Of a stretch of 64,000 bases of DNA, positions 22,334 to 33,630 are shown one piece after another; position 1 is the first letter of the stretch; each line of letters begins with the position of its first letter. The stretch covers positions 62,001-126,000 of IMG/VR virus record IMGVR_UViG_3300036770_003021; one strand, 5' to 3'. The notes beneath the pieces were generated by a model. The model was not told the DNA's origin. It made no database searches and saw only the letters and a program-made list of their open reading frames with translations. This DNA comes from an uncultured virus (IMG/VR IMGVR_UViG_3300036770_003021) (taxonomy: Duplodnaviria; Heunggongvirae; Uroviricota; Caudoviricetes). A program made the translations under genes and the position numbers.

Positions 22334-25300
22334 TTATAAATTCATTATGTATCTTTCCAAACTTGCACTGGTCTGTAAAGAAGCTGTTAGTGGTAGTTGT
22401 GTAAACAATGAATCTGGACTTCCTATAGAACCAGTTGTATCACCATAAGCAGGTGCATTGTTGGTTTCTATATTCAAACTTAAAAATCCAGGTATTGTTA
22501 TAACTGGTTCACTTCCGTTTGTAATACCACTTCTGTCTACGGTACTATTTTTATCATTTTTACCCTTTGTATAAGTATAATATGTGATATTACCGCCATT
22601 ATTTAATTTTAGTCCGTTTACCAGTTGTGTTTTGGAACTGCTTAACGCTTGATACTGTGTTCTACTACCGACAAATGAGAATTTACTCAAATGTCTATTG
22701 GAATATCCACTATTAAAAGCATCGCCTTTATAGTAATTTTTTAAGTATTTACTTCCTGTGACAGACCCAGATCCAATAACTTGAACTTCATTGAACGAAG
22801 AGGTAAATGTTACCACAAATCCAGTGTTATTAACAGATTGATAATAATCTTTTTTGCCTACATTAACTGTATCACGTACATTATATCCATTTGAATCAAC
22901 ATATACGTACTTTCCATATTTTGCGTAAATAAAATCACGACTATCTATTACGTCTTTTATTTCAAGACGGGAATAATTATAAGTATTTTGATCTTGGGTG
23001 ATATCGTTAACACGTGAACTGGTTATTATAGTAAAGCTAGATGTATTGTTTGTGTTTAACAAGGACGATGTAAATGATGCTTTATTGTTAAAGTACAAAT
23101 CAAATTGGTTGTTTGTTACGAATTCTACGTCTCTGTAGTTAAATTTTTTACGTTCAAATAAACTTGGTTCCAATAGAACACCTGTTAATAAATTAGATCT
23201 TGCTGGTTTTAACTTACTTACGACATCAAATATTGAAAAGTCGATATAAAATTTGTATGTACTGTAAAATTCTTGAGGGTATATGTATTTCTCATTTATT
23301 TTACCAAACTCACGTTGTAATGTGTCCAACCCAACATAATTTTGTTTAGTTAAGTTTTCTGGCTCACCAATGATATCAGCTATACCATCCAACCCTATGA
23401 AATTCTCTATTTTTTGATTTAAATAATTATATGGACTTATGAAAAATCCAGAGAGTATTGAATCATCACCCAAGTTATCTTGAATTCTGGTAGAATAATC
23501 ATAAGGAGTAAGATTAGATAAAGCAGTCTCTGTTATTTTATTTATCTTGCTATTGATCTTATAGTTAGGACCAAAGTTGTTAGTATTAACAGTTTGTTTT
23601 ATATTAATCTTATCAAACTGATATGGAAATTCGTCTATTAATACATTTGAACAAGTTGGGTAACTAAAATACTTTTCTTTTTGTCCAAAATTATATGCAT
23701 TGAATTGAGTTTGATAATAAATGTTTTGATTATCTACTGTTTTACTAATAGAACTAGGTGAATATAAATTCACAGGAGTATCAAAACTCCACAAATAAAA
23801 CAAATTGGAATAAACATTTTCTTTATCTGGAATTGATATTGAATCCAAGTTATATGAATGTTCATCGAAATATTGATTATCAAGAGGATCTCTTAAAACT
23901 TTTATTTTATCTAGATTTCCTATAAATGACACAGATGATGAATAATTGCCAATATAATAACTTCCCGAAGAAAAGTTTTTATTTACAGTATGACTTATAA
24001 CTTTACGTTTTGTTGCTGAAAAGTTTTTGGTACTTCCATCATATTGATTTGTAGACAAACTATAAATATATGGAATCAATTCTTTGGTGGAGTTAACGTA
24101 GTATGATGAAGTTAGTGTTGTTTTCTGTGAAGCTAATGTTACAAAATCTCCATCGTCTTCTATTACAAAGTCACCATCGTCTTCTATAATAAACGGTGTA
24201 ATTTGATTTGTAATCTTGCTTGAACTTACATTTAATTTGTCAAAATCTCCTGGCACAGGCTCACGCTTTAACATCACTGTAAAAATTTCCCCGTTTAATA
24301 GAGGTAACTCATTTAATGTTAAACTTGAAGTTGTATTTCCCAATTCGTATGGGTGAATTTCAAATACCAACTGACCTGAATTAACTTGCTTTGATTTTTT
24401 AATGTATAAATCCCAATCAGATTTTTTATTTCTGTATTTGGACATCAATTTGATCTTATCTCCAAAGTCATAGTTTGTAGATTTGAATCTAAAAGAAAAT
24501 TCAATTGTAGATATACCATTAAATCGGGAAGTATATTCAGTGCTACTAGTAAAAGTATTGATATTAGATCCCGAAGCATAATAACTACTGGTTGTGTAAA
24601 CAAAGTCACTGCTTGTATGTTCAAAATTCAAGAAATTGTTTTCCTTGAAATCGGTCATATAGATTATGTCATCGTAAACAAAGTAATTATCACGGTTTGA
24701 AAAAGCATCTGCGCTTCCATATTCTCTGGTAGTTATTATTCCAGCTGGAATTCCAAACATAGTTCGGATCATTTCGAATGAATTTACAGTTCCTTTGGAT
24801 TTATAAACAGAAGAAATGTTATTGGCAAATCTGTTTAATATAGATTTTGCGTAATCAAAATAAGAAGAAGAACTATACCCAGCAATATCTTGATTATTAA
24901 AATATAATTGATTCAAATCACTTTGAGTAAACTTATCAATATCAATATTCCAACTAAAACTATTGAGTAGTTCGTCTATATAATTTTTTGGGTAATAATT
25001 TGAATCGTTATTTGAAATTGGATATGACTTAGGAAACTTCTTTATAAACACCAAGATGTTATCAAAAAAATGTCCCACCATTGCTGTAAATTTAATATAA
25101 TCAGCGGAATCGGAATCTTCCTTTACATATGCCGGAAGTTGATACACCAAGCTATTATAGTTGTCTGAATCATATACAATAGCTTCTTCAATTTTATCAT
25201 CTATACTAGATGAGTTAAAAAACAAATAAGACTCATATTCATCAAATGTATCCAACAAAGCAATTTGTTGAGCAGTTTTTTGGCTAACTAGCTCTCCATA

Positions 25301-26848
25301 TGAAGAAGAAATTATACCACTTGTATTTAAAGATGATGTAATCGTAGACTTTTTAATATAGTCAAGTTGATTATAATCTTTAATCTTATTCTTAGCTATT
25401 TTAGTGCGTAGTTCGGCAGAAGAATAATTGATGAAATTATTAAAATCTGTATAATCGATATATAAATCATTATACTTTTCTTTCAATCTTATTTTGGATT
25501 TATCTAGTGTGAAAGAATCGTTGCCATCATATTTTTCTGTAGAAGGACTGACTTTAGATATTTGTACATCAAAGTTTATGTCATTTAAAAATACCTTTCT
25601 TGATATCTTTGAAGAAAACAAGTTAACTTTGAAATAAAGAGGAGCAATTGAAATATTTGATATCCAACAAGTGGTTTTTACATTATATTGTAAAGGTAAA
25701 GGCGCATCTAGTTTTACTTGTACATTAACTGCGCCATCAGTTGGATTTAAATAATTTGTATGAGTTAAAATCTTGATCAAATTGCCATTATCAAAATTTA
25801 AAGCATTTTTATAAAGACCGTAGTATTTGATTCGGTAATTTTCTAACAATTTAGTTACATTGGGCAATATCCAATCTGTATAAATTGTTTGTTCAAATAA
25901 ACCAAGTATGTTTTGTAGATCAATGTCATTTATAGAACTCTTTTGTAATATTCTATCTTGAGATACCTTTAATGTGATAATTCTAAATGATTCCAATACT
26001 TCAGCTTCTGTAAACTCTGTATTGTTGTAAGTGTAAATGAAATTATTGATTTGTTCTTGAACACCTGTAAATTTGTTTGTTTGTAAAATTGTTGAATCTG
26101 TATCACCGTTCAACTTAATAATACTATTATATCCAACATATGTTGAATTAACAAACTCTTGTAGTTCTGCTTCACTTTTTAGACCCAACTTCAAACAGAT
26201 GTCTGTGTAGTTGTATTTGTCTTTGTTAGATAGAAAATCTTTTTCAATTGGATTATTATTAATGATTGCAGTTAAGTCTTGATAAATTCTCAACAACAAA
26301 TATTTTTTATCCGCGAATGTTGAAATTTTAATTGCGTCTAATCTAGATGTTTCATTCTTATTTACATCAAATGCGTAAGATAAACGTATCTCAGTTCTAC
26401 TAGGAGATATTTCTTTTATAACCAATCTATTTGTTGGATTACCGGCTATATTTCTAACTGGGTTATACAACAAATAATATAAACCAGGACCAACTCCATT
26501 TACATTTAAGTCGAATTGTGGATGTAATAGAATATCGTTTTTGTACGATACCACATTCGTAAATGGGTTTGCAAATCTATATGATCTTAATACGTTATTA
26601 ATGTCTCTGTAACTACCTTGCAATACAGAATATGTTACAGATGGAACTACTCTGTTGAAATTTATAAGTTGTTGGTTATTATTATACAGTGTAAATTCAA
26701 ACAAATCATCATCGGATTCACCGTAAAATATATCCTCACTGATTAGTTGTTGTTCGTATAAAGCCTGTAAATCAGTGGAAAAATAAGATGCGCTTGTAAG
26801 ACCCTTATTTAAATCGTTATCATTTATTGTTAAATAGTCGTAAGGCAT
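22334..26848 (-). CDS. large baseplate-associated structural protein
   Basis: 1504 aa within the baseplate module; YKSKGT...MFGIP...REYG wedge-like segment. Confidence 0.6.
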   Translation of the reverse strand: MPYDYLTINDNDLNKGLTSASYFSTDLQALYEQQLISEDIFYGESDDDLFEFTLYNNNQQLINFNRVVPSVTYSVLQGSYRDINNVLRSYRFANPFTNVVSYKNDILLHPQFDLNVNGVGPGLYYLLYNPVRNIAGNPTNRLVIKEISPSRTEIRLSYAFDVNKNETSRLDAIKISTFADKKYLLLRIYQDLTAIINNNPIEKDFLSNKDKYNYTDICLKLGLKSEAELQEFVNSTYVGYNSIIKLNGDTDSTILQTNKFTGVQEQINNFIYTYNNTEFTEAEVLESFRIITLKVSQDRILQKSSINDIDLQNILGLFEQTIYTDWILPNVTKLLENYRIKYYGLYKNALNFDNGNLIKILTHTNYLNPTDGAVNVQVKLDAPLPLQYNVKTTCWISNISIAPLYFKVNLFSSKISRKVFLNDINFDVQISKVSPSTEKYDGNDSFTLDKSKIRLKEKYNDLYIDYTDFNNFINYSSAELRTKIAKNKIKDYNQLDYIKKSTITSSLNTSGIISSSYGELVSQKTAQQIALLDTFDEYESYLFFNSSSIDDKIEEAIVYDSDNYNSLVYQLPAYVKEDSDSADYIKFTAMVGHFFDNILVFIKKFPKSYPISNNDSNYYPKNYIDELLNSFSWNIDIDKFTQSDLNQLYFNNQDIAGYSSSSYFDYAKSILNRFANNISSVYKSKGTVNSFEMIRTMFGIPAGIITTREYGSADAFSNRDNYFVYDDIIYMTDFKENNFLNFEHTSSDFVYTTSSYYASGSNINTFTSSTEYTSRFNGISTIEFSFRFKSTNYDFGDKIKLMSKYRNKKSDWDLYIKKSKQVNSGQLVFEIHPYELGNTTSSLTLNELPLLNGEIFTVMLKREPVPGDFDKLNVSSSKITNQITPFIIEDDGDFVIEDDGDFVTLASQKTTLTSSYYVNSTKELIPYIYSLSTNQYDGSTKNFSATKRKVISHTVNKNFSSGSYYIGNYSSSVSFIGNLDKIKVLRDPLDNQYFDEHSYNLDSISIPDKENVYSNLFYLWSFDTPVNLYSPSSISKTVDNQNIYYQTQFNAYNFGQKEKYFSYPTCSNVLIDEFPYQFDKINIKQTVNTNNFGPNYKINSKINKITETALSNLTPYDYSTRIQDNLGDDSILSGFFISPYNYLNQKIENFIGLDGIADIIGEPENLTKQNYVGLDTLQREFGKINEKYIYPQEFYSTYKFYIDFSIFDVVSKLKPARSNLLTGVLLEPSLFERKKFNYRDVEFVTNNQFDLYFNNKASFTSSLLNTNNTSSFTIITSSRVNDITQDQNTYNYSRLEIKDVIDSRDFIYAKYGKYVYVDSNGYNVRDTVNVGKKDYYQSVNNTGFVVTFTSSFNEVQVIGSGSVTGSKYLKNYYKGDAFNSGYSNRHLSKFSFVGSRTQYQALSSSKTQLVNGLKLNNGGNITYYTYTKGKNDKNSTVDRSGITNGSEPVITIPGFLSLNIETNNAPAYGDTTGSIGSPDSLFTQLPLTASLQTSASLERYIMNL

Positions 26849-26849
26849 A

Positions 26850-27326
26850 TCAAGAAGTTAATGGTAAAAATGGGTAATCATCATCGAAATCCGAAGCAAC
26901 TTTTCCTTGTCCCAATTGGATTCGTAAACCAATAATTTGGTTTTTCATAGCTGCAATAACTTGTTTATCGTCATTGTTTTCGTATTTTTCTACTAATTCA
27001 TTTACCGTTTGATTTAAAATTCTGTTCTCGACCAGCACGTTATTATATTGTGTTATAACATCTGTTAAATTTCTCTTTTCTTCAACCGCAGTTGTTTGTA
27101 ATTCAGTAAAATCCGATTGTGAAGTATCAACGATTTTGTTTTCATTATATAAAAAACTTTTTATTGGTACTTTTATATAGTTGTATTTACCTTCAAGCGA
27201 CTGTGATATGTTATAAACCAATTGATCATTTCCAAAATCATCAAAATTGTTTTGGAAAGTACCAAAGTCTTTAAATGTTTGTACATCACTTAAAGATACA
27301 TTATATACTAATGGTATATTTGCCAT
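26850..27326 (-). CDS. hypothetical protein (coiled coil)
   Basis: 158 aa ORF in operon. Confidence 0.6.
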   Translation of the reverse strand: MANIPLVYNVSLSDVQTFKDFGTFQNNFDDFGNDQLVYNISQSLEGKYNYIKVPIKSFLYNENKIVDTSQSDFTELQTTAVEEKRNLTDVITQYNNVLVENRILNQTVNELVEKYENNDDKQVIAAMKNQIIGLRIQLGQGKVASDFDDDYPFLPLTS

Positions 27327-27327
27327 A

Positions 27328-28995
27328 CTAACGCGTTATTTTAAATATTTTTCCGGTATCAACGATGTCAACTGTCCCATCTTTGTACTCTACCTTAATA
27401 AATACTGTCAAATATCGTTCTTGAGGCAATCCATTTGTATTTAATTTAAAATAATTACCATACGTAGCATCGCAACTTAACTTGGTATAATTATCGAAAT
27501 TAATCAAAACTTCCTCAGACTCAGCATCTTTAACCATATAATATGAAGATGTTGGCAGATACTTAGGAGTAACCATAGCTGGTTGTTGATATGCTTTATT
27601 AAATGTTTTGAGAGGATATTTATCTCTAGCGAACACAAATATTTTAGCAACACTACCAGCTTTATATGTACTATTTAACTGTTGCAATGTAACCAAGTTT
27701 TGTATGGAAGAAGATACTGGTTTTAAACTACCTGTATTAAATACAGTATCATCCCAACCCATATCAATATATGGGCTGTAAATTGTATTGGTATCTTTGC
27801 TGAAAAATTGTAACAGCCCGTTGGTTGGTTGAAGAGGAGGTGTACTTATTTCAAATGAAGTCAATAACATTAGTCCGTTATTTGGAACACATCCACATAA
27901 CCAAGAACGAACGATAGTAGTGATGTCCATTGATATATCACTTTGTTGTCCGTAACTAAATGATTGACTGCAAATTAATCCATTATTTACCAACGAAGGA
28001 AAAGCTGTGGAATTACAGATCCACTTTGGTTTGTTTGTATAAGATGCTGGTACTTTGTAATACCAAGTTCCGCCTTGATTTTGAAAACTAGCACTGGAAT
28101 ATGATGCGGTCAATAAATAATTTACTTGTTGATAACTATTTGTTATTTTACTACCGTACCACAAATTGCTTCCTGAGTAAGATCTATTGTTCCAAGTAGC
28201 TCCCAATTGGGAACCATCGTCGGCATATCTACCATTTCCATTTTCCCAACTCTGACTTATAGGATAAGCATAAATAGAGTAGTTTAGTGGTAGATTTCTC
28301 ATACCACAGGCTTTTAAATTCAACGTAAATTTTAATTTTGAACTACTGATTTCATTTTTAGAGATTGATTGACTTAATGTGGTTAAGTCAAACTTGATCA
28401 TAGTTCTACTAAACTCTGGATAATTAAGATATGTGGCTGTTGATGGACGAGTAAAAGATCCACTATATTGTCCTTTAAAATATCCAGCGAAATTTACCAC
28501 ATCAACATAATAAGATACACTTGAGGTATTTGTGTTAATAATTGATTTAAAACTTGAACTGGAGAAACTACCACTGAAAGATCTGCTTACACAGTTTGAT
28601 CCTGTAATACTTCCTACAAATCTGCCAGATGCGGATATAGCTGATCCGGAAATATAAAGAGATTTTCTAGGAGCAGTAGTAACATTTGATAATCTGCCTG
28701 TGAAATTAGCAATAAATGACGTATTTGGTATTACAGATGAAGTAAGACTATATGCATACCATTTACTACCAGAGTAGATAAATAGTGAAGATGTAGTATA
28801 AGCTAACCATCCATTATTGCCATATGAAGAGGCAGTAAGAGGAGGCGTGTGCCAATTTGGATCTGTATAAACCGTTGTTTTGCCTGAGTTAGAGGCGTAT
28901 ATCTCTAACACTTCGTCCAACCCAAAATTTTTGTTTTGGTATTTGTCGGAATTGTTAATATAAGTGTCTTGAGATGGATAAATAAAAATATGCAT
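27328..28995 (-). CDS. virion structural protein (DNRLRE-like)
   Basis: DTYI...NFGLDEVLE, SRTMIKFD, PISQSWENGNG, NNGLML. Confidence 0.6.
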   Translation of the reverse strand: MHIFIYPSQDTYINNSDKYQNKNFGLDEVLEIYASNSGKTTVYTDPNWHTPPLTASSYGNNGWLAYTTSSLFIYSGSKWYAYSLTSSVIPNTSFIANFTGRLSNVTTAPRKSLYISGSAISASGRFVGSITGSNCVSRSFSGSFSSSSFKSIINTNTSSVSYYVDVVNFAGYFKGQYSGSFTRPSTATYLNYPEFSRTMIKFDLTTLSQSISKNEISSSKLKFTLNLKACGMRNLPLNYSIYAYPISQSWENGNGRYADDGSQLGATWNNRSYSGSNLWYGSKITNSYQQVNYLLTASYSSASFQNQGGTWYYKVPASYTNKPKWICNSTAFPSLVNNGLICSQSFSYGQQSDISMDITTIVRSWLCGCVPNNGLMLLTSFEISTPPLQPTNGLLQFFSKDTNTIYSPYIDMGWDDTVFNTGSLKPVSSSIQNLVTLQQLNSTYKAGSVAKIFVFARDKYPLKTFNKAYQQPAMVTPKYLPTSSYYMVKDAESEEVLINFDNYTKLSCDATYGNYFKLNTNGLPQERYLTVFIKVEYKDGTVDIVDTGKIFKITR

Positions 28996-28996
28996 A

Positions 28997-30982
28997 TTAT
29001 ACTACCAATCCTTTAATGTCATTGTCTGGATATTTTATTTCAAATACAGATGGGTCTTTTGATGGATAAAGAATATTGTTTTGTGTAGCAATACTTACAT
29101 TATATGCTACGGGAGAATAATCACCATCATCAATTGTCAAATTTTTGATCTTCAATTCAATAACAGATTGAACGCCTTCGTTTTTCATTATTTCAAAATT
29201 AAGCTGACTGAGATTTATTGGTTGATTAAAACTCATATTATCAATGTTCAAAAAGCTTTTAACGGATTGAATACAATTATTTAAAACATCTCGTTTATTG
29301 AAACCATTGAAAACAGTAATCTTAAACTCCAATCCCAAATTAATAATATATCCGTCTATAATGTTAATTTTATCTGTTAATATTTTGAAATTATTCAAAT
29401 AACTTATTAAGTTCTGTAATGTAGCAGGATTTAGTTTGGTTAAATTTTTATTAACGTCGTATCCCAACAAATAAAGATTGTTGGTAAATGGATTACTTGC
29501 TTCTAAAAACTTTCTTCTATCCAATGGATTTAGTGGATTTAGATCCAATGTTTCATTTCCATTTTCATTCACTATACCTTTAATTAGTTGGTTATATTGA
29601 ATGCGTCTATTTGAATTGCTTTCAACATATGCTTTAGAGATATTACCTAAATATGTTGGTAATGAATACACTCTAAGTAAAATATCTTCTGATGTAACCA
29701 TTCTGTTTTGAGCGGAAAAATTCAATATTGCACTTTGACGTATTTCTTCGTCTGTTTCAGCATTGTTACCACCTGTAGATGACTGTGGATTATTTACTCT
29801 CAATGAGTTTTTTATATTATTCAATAAAATAACTTCGCTGTCAGTCAAACTAGTGACATCATTTAAATAATCGGTACTAGCAATCTTATTTATTTCGTCG
29901 GAATTTACATTTGAATCCAAACCACCACCTACAACATAAGTAACTGTTAATGTTGTGTTTGATGGAGATACACCATAAGAATTTGCTTTCAATACGTTTG
30001 TCCCATCCAAAGATATATTGAGATTTTTTAAATTGGATAGAGCTACACCAACGTTGGTTGGATTTGGTATGATAACAGTATTTTCGTAATTTTCTGTATT
30101 TGCTCCAAATTGGATGTAAGTGAAGTTGTTTTGATCTATTGTTGTTATAAATCTGCGTTCAGTTCTTAAATACTTTAAAATCTTAGGCGTTTCATTTCTA
30201 TATGGAGACAGTGTTTGATTATTAAGCGGAACGTTATCAACTAAAATAGGAATGGTATCTTGTGCCAAGTATTGGGTTTCATAATAGTTAATACCATTTG
30301 AATCAACCACACTTATTATTTTGACAACATTCGTTTCATCCAGCTTAATTTTTAAGAAAGATTGGGGGTCACCAATACTAAAAGTCTTAGACGTAATTCT
30401 GCCTGAATAACACTGTGCTGTTTTCTTTATCAAATAAAACAATGGAGCACCTGTATTGTCACGATTGTAAACACTTATTTCTCTTGGTGAGAATAGTGTG
30501 TCTTGACTAAAATCTACACTTTCTTCAACGATAAATGATACACCAGATACACTGGATAGTTGTGTATATGGTTTCAAAATCAAACAATATCTTTCGTCTG
30601 GTATATATTCGCCATTAACTCCTGATGTACGAGTTGCTGGTAATAATTGAAATAATTCTACGTATGTAGAAGATACTGAAGACACTTTTGGTTTATAACC
30701 CAAAAATTGTGCTTGATTTATAATGTTCTTACGTTCACCCGCGAATTGAATAAAACTTTCTTTGAATTGATAATCAGTGTAGTAAGATAGTACATCGCCA
30801 ACAAAGCTAGCTTGTTCAATAAAAATTTGTCCTGGCGAACTTTCACTGAAGTCCTTGTAACTTTGTGGATAATACTGTTTGGTAAAATCGATCAGTTGTT
30901 GCTTTAACGAAGTAAAATCACGATTTAAATACAAAACGTCTTTTGTATTAGCTTTGAATGTTTTGTTAATTAGTTGTTGCAT
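28997..30982 (-). CDS. baseplate wedge subunit (T4 gp6-like)
   Basis: RDFTSLKQQL, DFSESSPG, GDVLSYY, GG...ETDEEIR...AQNRMVT. Confidence 0.85.
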   Translation of the reverse strand: MQQLINKTFKANTKDVLYLNRDFTSLKQQLIDFTKQYYPQSYKDFSESSPGQIFIEQASFVGDVLSYYTDYQFKESFIQFAGERKNIINQAQFLGYKPKVSSVSSTYVELFQLLPATRTSGVNGEYIPDERYCLILKPYTQLSSVSGVSFIVEESVDFSQDTLFSPREISVYNRDNTGAPLFYLIKKTAQCYSGRITSKTFSIGDPQSFLKIKLDETNVVKIISVVDSNGINYYETQYLAQDTIPILVDNVPLNNQTLSPYRNETPKILKYLRTERRFITTIDQNNFTYIQFGANTENYENTVIIPNPTNVGVALSNLKNLNISLDGTNVLKANSYGVSPSNTTLTVTYVVGGGLDSNVNSDEINKIASTDYLNDVTSLTDSEVILLNNIKNSLRVNNPQSSTGGNNAETDEEIRQSAILNFSAQNRMVTSEDILLRVYSLPTYLGNISKAYVESNSNRRIQYNQLIKGIVNENGNETLDLNPLNPLDRRKFLEASNPFTNNLYLLGYDVNKNLTKLNPATLQNLISYLNNFKILTDKINIIDGYIINLGLEFKITVFNGFNKRDVLNNCIQSVKSFLNIDNMSFNQPINLSQLNFEIMKNEGVQSVIELKIKNLTIDDGDYSPVAYNVSIATQNNILYPSKDPSVFEIKYPDNDIKGLVV

Positions 30983-31383
30983 TATATATTATTGTTTGTG
31001 ATAATTACTTCGGTTGTAGACTTCAGTTCTTTATAACTAAAGGCTACTTTTATAAATATTTTATTGTAATCATTATTTACAGCATCATTTTCTACTAATT
31101 GAACTTTAACATCTTCCACTATTACCCCATTCATAAATCTATTTACGTCATTTTGAATAAGATTTACCAACATAGGCAACATTTCTTGTAATTCATTCTG
31201 TTCAAACAACACTTTATATAAAGAAGACCCAAACGCATTGTTAAACCTACGTTCGCCAGGTCGTGTTAATAAAAGATTCTTTATATTACTCGAAACTTGG
31301 GAAATAGTATCCACATTGGTTTCAAAATAACCATTTTGACCCAATCTGAAAGGTATTTTAAGTCCTAGTGCTTTTTTAGACAT
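30982..31383 (-). CDS. baseplate wedge/sheath initiator (T4 gp25-like)
   Basis: NIKNLLLTRPGERRFNNAFGSSL..LFE. Confidence 0.88.
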   Translation of the reverse strand: MSKKALGLKIPFRLGQNGYFETNVDTISQVSSNIKNLLLTRPGERRFNNAFGSSLYKVLFEQNELQEMLPMLVNLIQNDVNRFMNGVIVEDVKVQLVENDAVNNDYNKIFIKVAFSYKELKSTTEVIITNNNI

Positions 31384-31385
31384 AA

Positions 31386-31859
31386 TTAAATCTTAGATTT
31401 TTTCTTCTCTATAGCACTCATCAACTTAGAATAATCTCGGGTCATAGCGGAATATACAGATTTAACTGGTTCAGGAGCATTCTCGGGAGCTTTTGTTTCT
31501 GTAATTACTTGAGAGGAAGTTGATCCATACCCACCCATCATACTAACCATACCACCTTCTTGTGGTACTCCTCCTGTAGTCTGATTTAATATGTCATTCA
31601 ACATTGGATTGTTTGTATATTTAACATATTTCTTCGCAGGCTTAGTTTCAACTTCTGCTACTGATTCATTCATAGATTCAAGTTCATTCAAAATTTCAGC
31701 TTCTAGATCAGAATCTGCAGATTTTGTCTTTTTTTGAGGCTTTGATGAATTATTCGCAAATATTTCTGATAATTGACTTTTCAACTCAGTCTTTAATACG
31801 TTGCGAACTTCTTGTTGTACTGTTTTTTTAATAAACTCTTTAAGCACTTCTATTTTCAT
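31386..31859 (-). CDS. hypothetical protein
   Basis: 157 aa ORF; NPMLNDILNQT motif. Confidence 0.65.
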   Translation of the reverse strand: MKIEVLKEFIKKTVQQEVRNVLKTELKSQLSEIFANNSSKPQKKTKSADSDLEAEILNELESMNESVAEVETKPAKKYVKYTNNPMLNDILNQTTGGVPQEGGMVSMMGGYGSTSSQVITETKAPENAPEPVKSVYSAMTRDYSKLMSAIEKKKSKI

Positions 31860-31881
31860 ATTGTTTATATATATATAATTA

Positions 31882-33627
31882 TTAACCCAGAGGAGATTTA
31901 GGTAAATTTAATAAATCTGTTGCGCCTTTTGGATACGACGGTCTTGGTATTTTAATTGTTTTAATACGTGGAGTACTAGGTGGTTTTGGTATATTTGGCT
32001 TAGGCATTCCTTTTTGAACACTAGCTAATTTAGCTGCAGCTGCACCAACGGCTCCTCCAGAAACTGCTCCAATTACAGCACCTTTTCCGCCTCCAACTAT
32101 TCCTCCTATTCCAGCTCCCAATCCACCGCCGGCTAAAGCTCCTCCTGTTACACCTCCAACGGATAATCCAGCACCAAGTGCAGTTCCACTTAATCCACCT
32201 ATTAATGCACCTTTGCCACCCCCAGCTAATGCACCTACACCGGCTCCAAGAGCACCACCTAACAATCCACCTTTTAATCCTTTAGCTAATTCAGAAGTAG
32301 ATTCAACCACACCTGTTTTGGCATTTACAAATTTAGTATTTCCAGCTATAGATTCAGGACTATATTTATCAGGAGACCAATCCTTACCCAAGCCGTCTGG
32401 TTTAATGCCTTTAGGATTTAGTTTATCAAATACTTTACCGGCTACACCACCAGCAACCAATCCAGCACCAGCTCCAATCAATGCACCTTTTCCGCCGCCT
32501 GCTAATGCACCTATACCGGCTCCTAAAGCACCTCCTCCAATCGCACCTTTAACACCAGATGATAAATTACTAAGTACACCACCTGCAGATTCTTGAACAC
32601 CACCAATTGCACCTTGTGCCTGACCAGCTGCACCTTCTAATGCACCTTGTGCCTGACCAGCTGCTCCCTGTACTTGACCAGCTGCACCTTCTAATGCACC
32701 TTGAGCTTGACCAGCTGCGCCTTGTACTTGGCTAGTCAATCCACCGGCCGCACTTTGTACTTGAGATGCAGCATTACTTGCTACGCCTTGCGCTTGTGAT
32801 GCTGCTTGTTGTGCTGCATTTGCGTCTAACCCTTTTACTTCTTGGGACGGTAGTTTTAAATTAGGATTGTCTACTACAGGAGCTTTATTTGCTACACCAT
32901 TAATTGATTGTGTAGGAGGTCCAGGTAACGCCGGATCAGGATCAGGTAAAAAACAAGCAGGAACATTCTCTTTTTTCCAAGTTCCAGACGAAATATTTTT
33001 ATCTAAATCAGATTTGATCGATTTCAAAAAGTCATTGATTTTAGTTTCAGCTCCTTGTAAATTAGAATCGTAACTTGATTCGGGTAGTCTATTATAATTT
33101 GTCTGAAATTCAAAATATGAACTGAAAAATAAGGCGGCCAAAGATTTGGTCAATAAAGTAGGATCTCCGCCCAACGACGACACTTGAGCAATACAATCTA
33201 ATTTATCTCTAACCGTTTTTTTAAAAATATCCGTTTCTTCTAAATTTATTATAATATTACCTTTCATCGTGGTTATACCCGCGATGGGCGTTTTTATTTG
33301 ATATGCGTCGGTGATATATAAATTATTTATTGAAATTATTCTAGCAAGTTTTTTAGTAAGATCTTTTTTATAAGTGCCAGAACTAAGTTTAACATATCCG
33401 TTTTGTTCCAGAGATGTTAAATCCGTATAATTTTTATAAAATTCATCCCAAGTAAGGATTTGTTTTGGATTCGGAATGGCGTCATTATAGTTAATGGAAT
33501 CTACATAAAAATCATAATTATACTTATATTTTTTATATGATGGTATGAATAAAAAATTTCCACTTGGCAATGTTCTGCCAGAACTTGGTTGTAAATTGCC
33601 AAATATGTCTACTACTTGTAATGCCAT
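31882..33627 (-). CDS. glycine-zipper / Ala-Gln repeat protein
   Basis: Three GxxxGAGxGxxxGGGKGAxIG units; QGAAGQA repeats; Pro-rich tail. Confidence 0.65.
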   Translation of the reverse strand: MALQVVDIFGNLQPSSGRTLPSGNFLFIPSYKKYKYNYDFYVDSINYNDAIPNPKQILTWDEFYKNYTDLTSLEQNGYVKLSSGTYKKDLTKKLARIISINNLYITDAYQIKTPIAGITTMKGNIIINLEETDIFKKTVRDKLDCIAQVSSLGGDPTLLTKSLAALFFSSYFEFQTNYNRLPESSYDSNLQGAETKINDFLKSIKSDLDKNISSGTWKKENVPACFLPDPDPALPGPPTQSINGVANKAPVVDNPNLKLPSQEVKGLDANAAQQAASQAQGVASNAASQVQSAAGGLTSQVQGAAGQAQGALEGAAGQVQGAAGQAQGALEGAAGQAQGAIGGVQESAGGVLSNLSSGVKGAIGGGALGAGIGALAGGGKGALIGAGAGLVAGGVAGKVFDKLNPKGIKPDGLGKDWSPDKYSPESIAGNTKFVNAKTGVVESTSELAKGLKGGLLGGALGAGVGALAGGGKGALIGGLSGTALGAGLSVGGVTGGALAGGGLGAGIGGIVGGGKGAVIGAVSGGAVGAAAAKLASVQKGMPKPNIPKPPSTPRIKTIKIPRPSYPKGATDLLNLPKSPLG

Positions 33628-33630
33628 ATA

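Noticed and set aside
24140..24190. IEDDGDFV tandem duplication in the large baseplate protein
   Set aside because: A two-copy local duplication with no further structure to support a claim
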